DNA of 64,000 nucleotides from a virus. Below, piece after piece: positions 61,891 to 64,000 of this stretch. Every line of letters begins with the position of its first letter. Positions within the stretch are counted from its first letter, which is position 1. A model generated the notes under the pieces. That model had not been told where the DNA came from. It ran no database searches and saw only the letters and a list, made by a program, of their open reading frames with translations. The DNA lies in the IMG/VR virus record IMGVR_UViG_3300023049_000574, positions 81,522 to 145,521 of that record; one strand, 5' to 3'. The translations under genes were made by a program, and so were the position numbers.

Positions 61891-62851
61891 ATCTATTTAT
61901 TTAAATTTTTGTGACAATACATTTATGATCACCACCTTGTTGTGGTGTAAGAGATAATATATTTGTTTTAATTGCTTTATATAAAGGGGATTCATTAGTA
62001 AACCAAGAAGAACCAAAACTATCAATTAATTCTTGTTTTAATTTCTCAATTTTCTTTTTACTGTTCTTACTCAATGGTTGTTGCATCTCAAGTTCAAGAA
62101 TTCTTTTCTGTGTAGTTTTGACTATATTAATATAATCATTATGTTCAATTAAATTCTTTACTTGCGTAATATTATTTTCGTAAGTGATTCTATATTGTCC
62201 TAATACTTTCATAACTACAAATATACTAAAATGTTTCGAATATATTCACACTTCTAATAATTGGTTCAATCTATGTTCTCTAACAATATCTTTAAAAGTT
62301 TCTTCAAATTTTTTATCACAATCAAAGGTATCTAAGAAAAAATCAATCCCTTTACTGTTCCCTTTATTGAAAATTAATTCAACACATTCTCTTCCAATTC
62401 TCGTTCTTAAGTTAGTTATATAATAAAGAGTATATTCTATTTCTAAATGGCTATTACTTATCCTTTTATCATTTATTAATTCTTTAAAAATTTCTATGTA
62501 TCCTAATTTACATACAATTGTTAGAAACGATATTTCTTCACTTGTTTTACTATCGCCATGATATACTACCATGGGGTTAAGATCAGCTTCTTTCATTTTC
62601 TTTTGTATTAAATTACCTGCTTTCAAATATAAATACATTATACTCAACACCATCTACGATTTCAAAAGACTTATCACAATCTTCACTAATTATCCACTCA
62701 TTCCACAATCCACTACATACTCCTCCATTAACAAATTCTCTACGACCATCTGTATATTCTACCCAGTGCGTGTAATTTTGTTTTTTTGCAGGATAAGAAC
62801 CTTCATATTTAGTTTGGCTATCTGCAAATTTTTTAACAATATCAGAACTCA

Positions 62852-63034
62852 CTACAACACCATCTATATTGCATGGTGCGGCTTTGGCGTTATTTGAAAA
62901 GTTTTCCTTCTCCATTATTTCCTCAAATTTGTTATTCATTTTTTCTAAATCTATACTCATGGTAATTTGTTATTTAGTTAATTGATATTAAGTCGGTATC
63001 TATCTCACAACGCAACATAGATTCACCATTATAG
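62852..63034 (-). repeat. attC-like imperfect inverted repeat with long loop
   Basis: CTACAAC-acc-ATCTATATTGC ... GCAACATAGAT-tcacc-ATTATAG. Confidence 0.45.
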
Positions 63035-63046
63035 GCAAATGCTACA

Positions 63047-63235
63047 TTACTTCTTCTTATCAACAATTTCGTTAGAAGTTTTTATTTTTTGCCAACGCTC
63101 TTCAAAATACTCAACCAAAATAGTTTCTACCATATTATTGAAAGAAGGTCTATTTTGTTTTTCTTTTTCTTCATTTAATTTATCCACTAACCAATCATTT
63201 TTATCAGTTAGTTTTAATGATATTCGCTTAGACAT
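63047..63235 (-). CDS. Ribbon-helix-helix DNA-binding protein
   Basis: KRISLKL...L......RPSFNNMVETIL. Confidence 0.6.
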   Translation of the reverse strand: MSKRISLKLTDKNDWLVDKLNEEKEKQNRPSFNNMVETILVEYFEERWQKIKTSNEIVDKKK

Positions 63236-63671
63236 ATTGTTCTGATTTAATTCTTACTTCAATATCAGCAATAGCGAAATCCCACCGTCTTTGAAATAAA
63301 TCACCATTTGCTCTTAACTTACCATAATAATCTTTCATATCGTGTGCCATGTGTTCGTCTCCAAATTGATAATGGTTTAATTGATTACCGACTAAAACTT
63401 CTTCTGTGTTCCATTGTTCCCAATTTTTTCTAACAATTTTTTCTAAATCATCATTTGTTTCAGGTAGTGAAGTCCCTATTTCTTTAATAAACATGTCCAA
63501 CCAATAAGGAAACATGTGTGAACCCTTATTATTCAAATCCATAAATTTATATTCAGATAGTTTCATTTCAAGAATATTACAAATAAAATCAAATCCGTTT
63601 ACTCTTGTAATGACACCTTCGTTATTTATATCTATTTCAGTTTCGCTGAATGGTAGTTTAAATGTTTTCAT
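63228..63671 (-). CDS. Hypothetical protein
   Basis: 147 aa behind TACCTTTG on the minus strand. Confidence 0.5.
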   Translation of the reverse strand: MKTFKLPFSETEIDINNEGVITRVNGFDFICNILEMKLSEYKFMDLNNKGSHMFPYWLDMFIKEIGTSLPETNDDLEKIVRKNWEQWNTEEVLVGNQLNHYQFGDEHMAHDMKDYYGKLRANGDLFQRRWDFAIADIEVRIKSEQYV

Positions 63672-63820
63672 AATCTTATCGTTTTATTAATTTATACGTC
63701 AAAGGTAATACTTTTGTTTTAAATAACCTAATATTTTTTTGATTATTTTTCTTACCACCCTAAAAATAAAAACTTCTTTAGTGCTTCGTATTGAGTTTCA
63801 TGCAAACAGACCGCATCAGC

Positions 63821-63886
63821 CGATAACAATATGTATATTCCAGTTTTGTGAAAAACAAAACCGACAACATACATTTACCGTTAGCA
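63821..63886 (-). repeat. attC-like hairpin
   Basis: CGATAAC-aat-ATGTATATT-cc-AGTTTTGT-gaaaa-ACAAAACC-gac-AACATACAT-ttacc-GTTAGCA, just after the TAG (63893-63895) of a partial minus-strand gene. Confidence 0.6.
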
Positions 63887-64000
63887 ACAAGGCTACCATT
63901 CTACCACCAATTCAAAGCCTTCATCCATTCCACCACCGTCTGTCCAGTAATTAACTTTAGGGTTTAAATTATTCGACTGTAGGTAATCATAAACACGCTT

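Noticed and set aside
63739-63954. 71-aa plus-strand ORF and the many short ORFs antisense to larger genes
   Set aside because: Shadow frames; this one overlaps the attC-like hairpin and a partial minus-strand gene
1-64000. Stop-codon reassignment
   Set aside because: Long conserved genes (nrdJ, mnmA) are intact in code 11; TAA, TAG and TGA all end genes; no suppressor tRNA seen
1-64000. CRISPR array
   Set aside because: No regularly spaced identical repeats; repeats seen are coding motifs

Overview
AT-rich, gene-dense segment that reads as part of a large (jumbo-type) lytic phage genome. The host is probably in Bacteroidota: TAnnTTTG promoter boxes precede many genes, I saw no Shine-Dalgarno motifs, and MarC, rhomboid and T9SS-like genes look Bacteroidota-style. 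All calls are by eye from motifs; no database search was run. Recognisable genes include a ribosomal-protein-S1-like protein, rhomboid protease, PAS protein, two nucleotidyltransferases, a DNA methyltransferase, AlkB, adenylate kinase, GH16, class II ribonucleotide reductase (nrdJ), GH24 lysozyme, glycosyltransferases and mnmA. The main candidate novel system is two tRNA clusters (23.3 kb and 31.7 kb). Each sits behind a short leader ORF, an antiterminator segment and an intrinsic terminator, and each leader is enriched in the codons read by the tRNAs downstream (Ser/Arg; Ile/Ala/Arg). This looks like ribosome-stalling attenuation that supplies tRNAs when they run short. Three tRNA genes share a non-canonical layout: no D-arm, and a D-loop-like segment 3' of the anticodon arm. 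Other recurring signals are an N-terminal MKxIKxF(N)E tag tied to a TAATATATA motif, polyproteins punctuated by KK(L/M)NE, a C-terminal RDxKIDxIL tag on about 20 small proteins, and two attC-like hairpins at the right end.
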